This document shows positions 61,618 to 64,000 of a stretch of DNA of 64,000 nucleotides, one piece after another. The position numbers and the translations under genes are program-made. Location: contig JAYWIR010000005.1 of assembly GCA_036172245.1 (NCBI GenBank), positions 3,286,001 through 3,350,000 of the forward strand, written 5' to 3'. The DNA comes from Raillietiella orientalis. Taxonomy: Eukaryota. The notes below the pieces were generated by a model. It did not search any database. It was not told the DNA's origin and saw nothing but the letters and a program-made list of their open reading frames with translations. Every line of letters begins with the position of its first letter. The stretch's first letter is position 1.

Positions 61618-61653
<36 letters not shown>
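61618..61653. repeat. (CT)n microsatellite
   Basis: Directly visible, about 17-18 units. Confidence 0.97.
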
Positions 61654-61656
<3 letters not shown>

Positions 61657-64000
61657 AACTGCATAGGAAGCATCTAAAAAGAGCCCCGCATCTCATTTCA
61701 GTATTTCGATCTCGTGTTATGTTCTACTTTGACTCTCTTTTTTTTATAATTCTTGATTAGTGATTTCCTTAGGATTCCGTCTTTAATCAACTGAATAGTG
61801 AGATTATTTTTTCGTTTGGAAGAATAAGCCCCTTTGTTCTATACCATCATTTTATTGTCCGAGTGGCTCCTTGTGATTGGCAGAAGCCATAATTCCTTCC
61901 CAGACTCCGTTCTCTTATGGAAAATGAAATTGCAAGCAGCATCCCATCTCTTACTTATATTGCTATCATTTCAGAGAGGATAAAACGCTTTAGTTGCAAT
62001 CACATCCAGGATTAATAGACTGAGGGAAATGATGCTCACACCAAAGGGATGGAAATTTTTGACATTCTTTATGATTGAAATGAGCATTTGGGATCTGTGG
62101 AGGATTTTAGGTAGGAAACCGAAAAATTGGATTTAGTAGGCACTGAAATTTTATCCCCATGTGGGTCAATAACCAGATTAAAGTATCTCCGCTTTAGGAT
62201 TTTCTTGATTGCATTAAAGGAGCACAATTTTTTTATTCCCACCTTCGAGACGATATGTTATTTCAAAAGCAAAACGGATGCAGTAGAGGTGCTGTGGTTT
62301 TTTTGACACTTTGATTTCGTTCGTATGTCAGTCACGTTTTGTAAAGTGATCTCTGGCAAAGTAGCGCGCTTTTGATTTTTGACGTGTGCACCAGGAAGTC
62401 TGATTTATTCCGAGTGTTCTCAGGAAAATCTGAATTGTGGATTGACTCTTAATCTAGCATGGAAGAATGACCAAGAGTATTTCGCACCTTCCTGTTGTTG
62501 CAGCATCAGGGAAATGCCGACTATGCAAACAAGCACGAAGTCCAAAACGAGGAGGAGCTATCCATGGCGGAAGCTCGAGTCTTCCAGAATTCCAGAAGTC
62601 GAATAGGAAGCACAGAAAACGGCTGCCCAGTTGCCCACCTAAACTGCAATGCTTTGGGTTTAAAAGTTGCATTTCATCCAGCTTCTCTGCAGGCGTTTCG
62701 TGAACGAATATCCAGAGCTGAATTCGCTTAGCTCCGAAAACAGGAGAGGAAGAGAATTATCCCATTCTGTTCACAGTGACTTCTAGATTGAAGCTCGCGC
62801 GTTCTAGCGTGAAAAAACAGAAACAAAAAAAAAAAAATAGAGTGTACACATTGAAGTTTGGAAAACATTTCAGCAGCAATAGATTTGTGCAGATCACCGT
62901 GTGTGGGTATTGTATCCCCATGCCATCTTCTCGCAATCGGAGAAACAACTGTTTCAATGGCCTCAATGATTGCAATGCAATCCAGACACGAGCACTTCAA
63001 GCCATCGTTTGTAAGGCAGAATTTGAAGGTGATTCACTCCCTCGCTTATTCATTGATGGCTAAGAATATGGTTAGAATTCGTGAGAGGAAATCATCTACC
63101 AGAATGATTACGACACATCTATTGCGTGTGCTGAAATATCAAGGAAGCAGAAACACATGTCGTGTCGAATCTCATAGATGCTCAGTAGAAACGCTGAAAG
63201 AATGGGACAGTTTCATCTGTGAAGAAATTCATGAAAGAAAAAAAACTGAAGATAAATGCACTCGACGGGAGTACAAAAAGAACGTTTAATGTGTATCATC
63301 TCAACGAGGAAAGAGAACCACGGAAAGATCAAGGAGAAGCTCTTGGTTGAGAAGCAGATCGAAGAAAATCCAATTACAAGAAATTCATTCGAATTCAGAT
63401 TCTCCACTTTGTCAGGAAGGTGTCCTCGATCCTATAGAAATATTTTTTAGAATGTTGGTGATTTTGTTTGCCACCGATTTAGCTCGTTTTGAATCACGGC
63501 ACAGGACCTCGTAAAGGCGCTTCAGATTGTGGAGCCTGCAAACATTTTTGCTTCACACAGTTGATTTACCTCCATATCTCAGACAAGCTACGATATTTGC
63601 GTATTGGATCAATTTTTCCCAAGGCAACCAAAGCATTCATCCTCTTGGTGAGGATTGTGTGTGACGTGTAACGGCTCCTAAAGCTGCTCACTCGAGACGT
63701 TCAGTAATCAAGAGGAAACACATGCCGCCGAGTGTGAGTGTTCTTCAGAATTAGTCTGAATTCAAAAGTGCAACACCCATCCCTCTTGAGACTCGAACTG
63801 AAGACGGAAAATCCTTGTTTGCTTCATGGAATGCACTAATGCTTGGTCTTTCAAGGAATGGAGAGGAAGTTTGTGGAAGAAGGAAAAATTTTCTCTCCAT
63901 TGCTCTTTGACCTTTAAATCAAGTTAAACAAAGATGGCTTTTTACTTCTTGCACGCACAAAAAACCCTGATCCCTTAGTGGACCCTCTTGGTGGAATTCG

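Noticed and set aside
62480..62731. Possible + strand exon after TTGTTGCAG
   Set aside because: No recognisable protein similarity or clear donor/partner exon.

Overview
This is eukaryotic (animal) genomic DNA, probably from an invertebrate/protostome (inferred from the netrin residues and the AAAG form of a U2 fragment). The only host gene I can support is a netrin (Netrin-1/UNC-6 family) on the minus strand. Its first coding exon (29618-28523) encodes the signal peptide, laminin domain VI and EGF V-1. A 20,055-bp phase-1 GT-AG intron follows, then a 189-bp exon (8467-8279, EGF V-2). The remaining exons were not found and most likely lie beyond the left edge. Much of the rest is heavily decayed L1/Tx1-clade non-LTR retrotransposon fragments on both strands, recognised by degenerate endonuclease, RT and zinc-knuckle motifs; their boundaries are approximate. 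Most listed ORFs are GC-rich shadow ORFs. Points of interest: a head-to-tail stack of related LINE 3' ends (57.2-59.4 kb), two U2-snRNA 5' fragments, a promoter-like motif cluster inside netrin intron 2, an inverted repeat pair with hairpins in intron 1, a perfect 97-bp tandem duplication, and a GC-rich to AT-rich transition just upstream of the gene. No CRISPR, rRNA, intact tRNA or intact transposon ORF was seen, and I cannot demonstrate a novel system from sequence alone.
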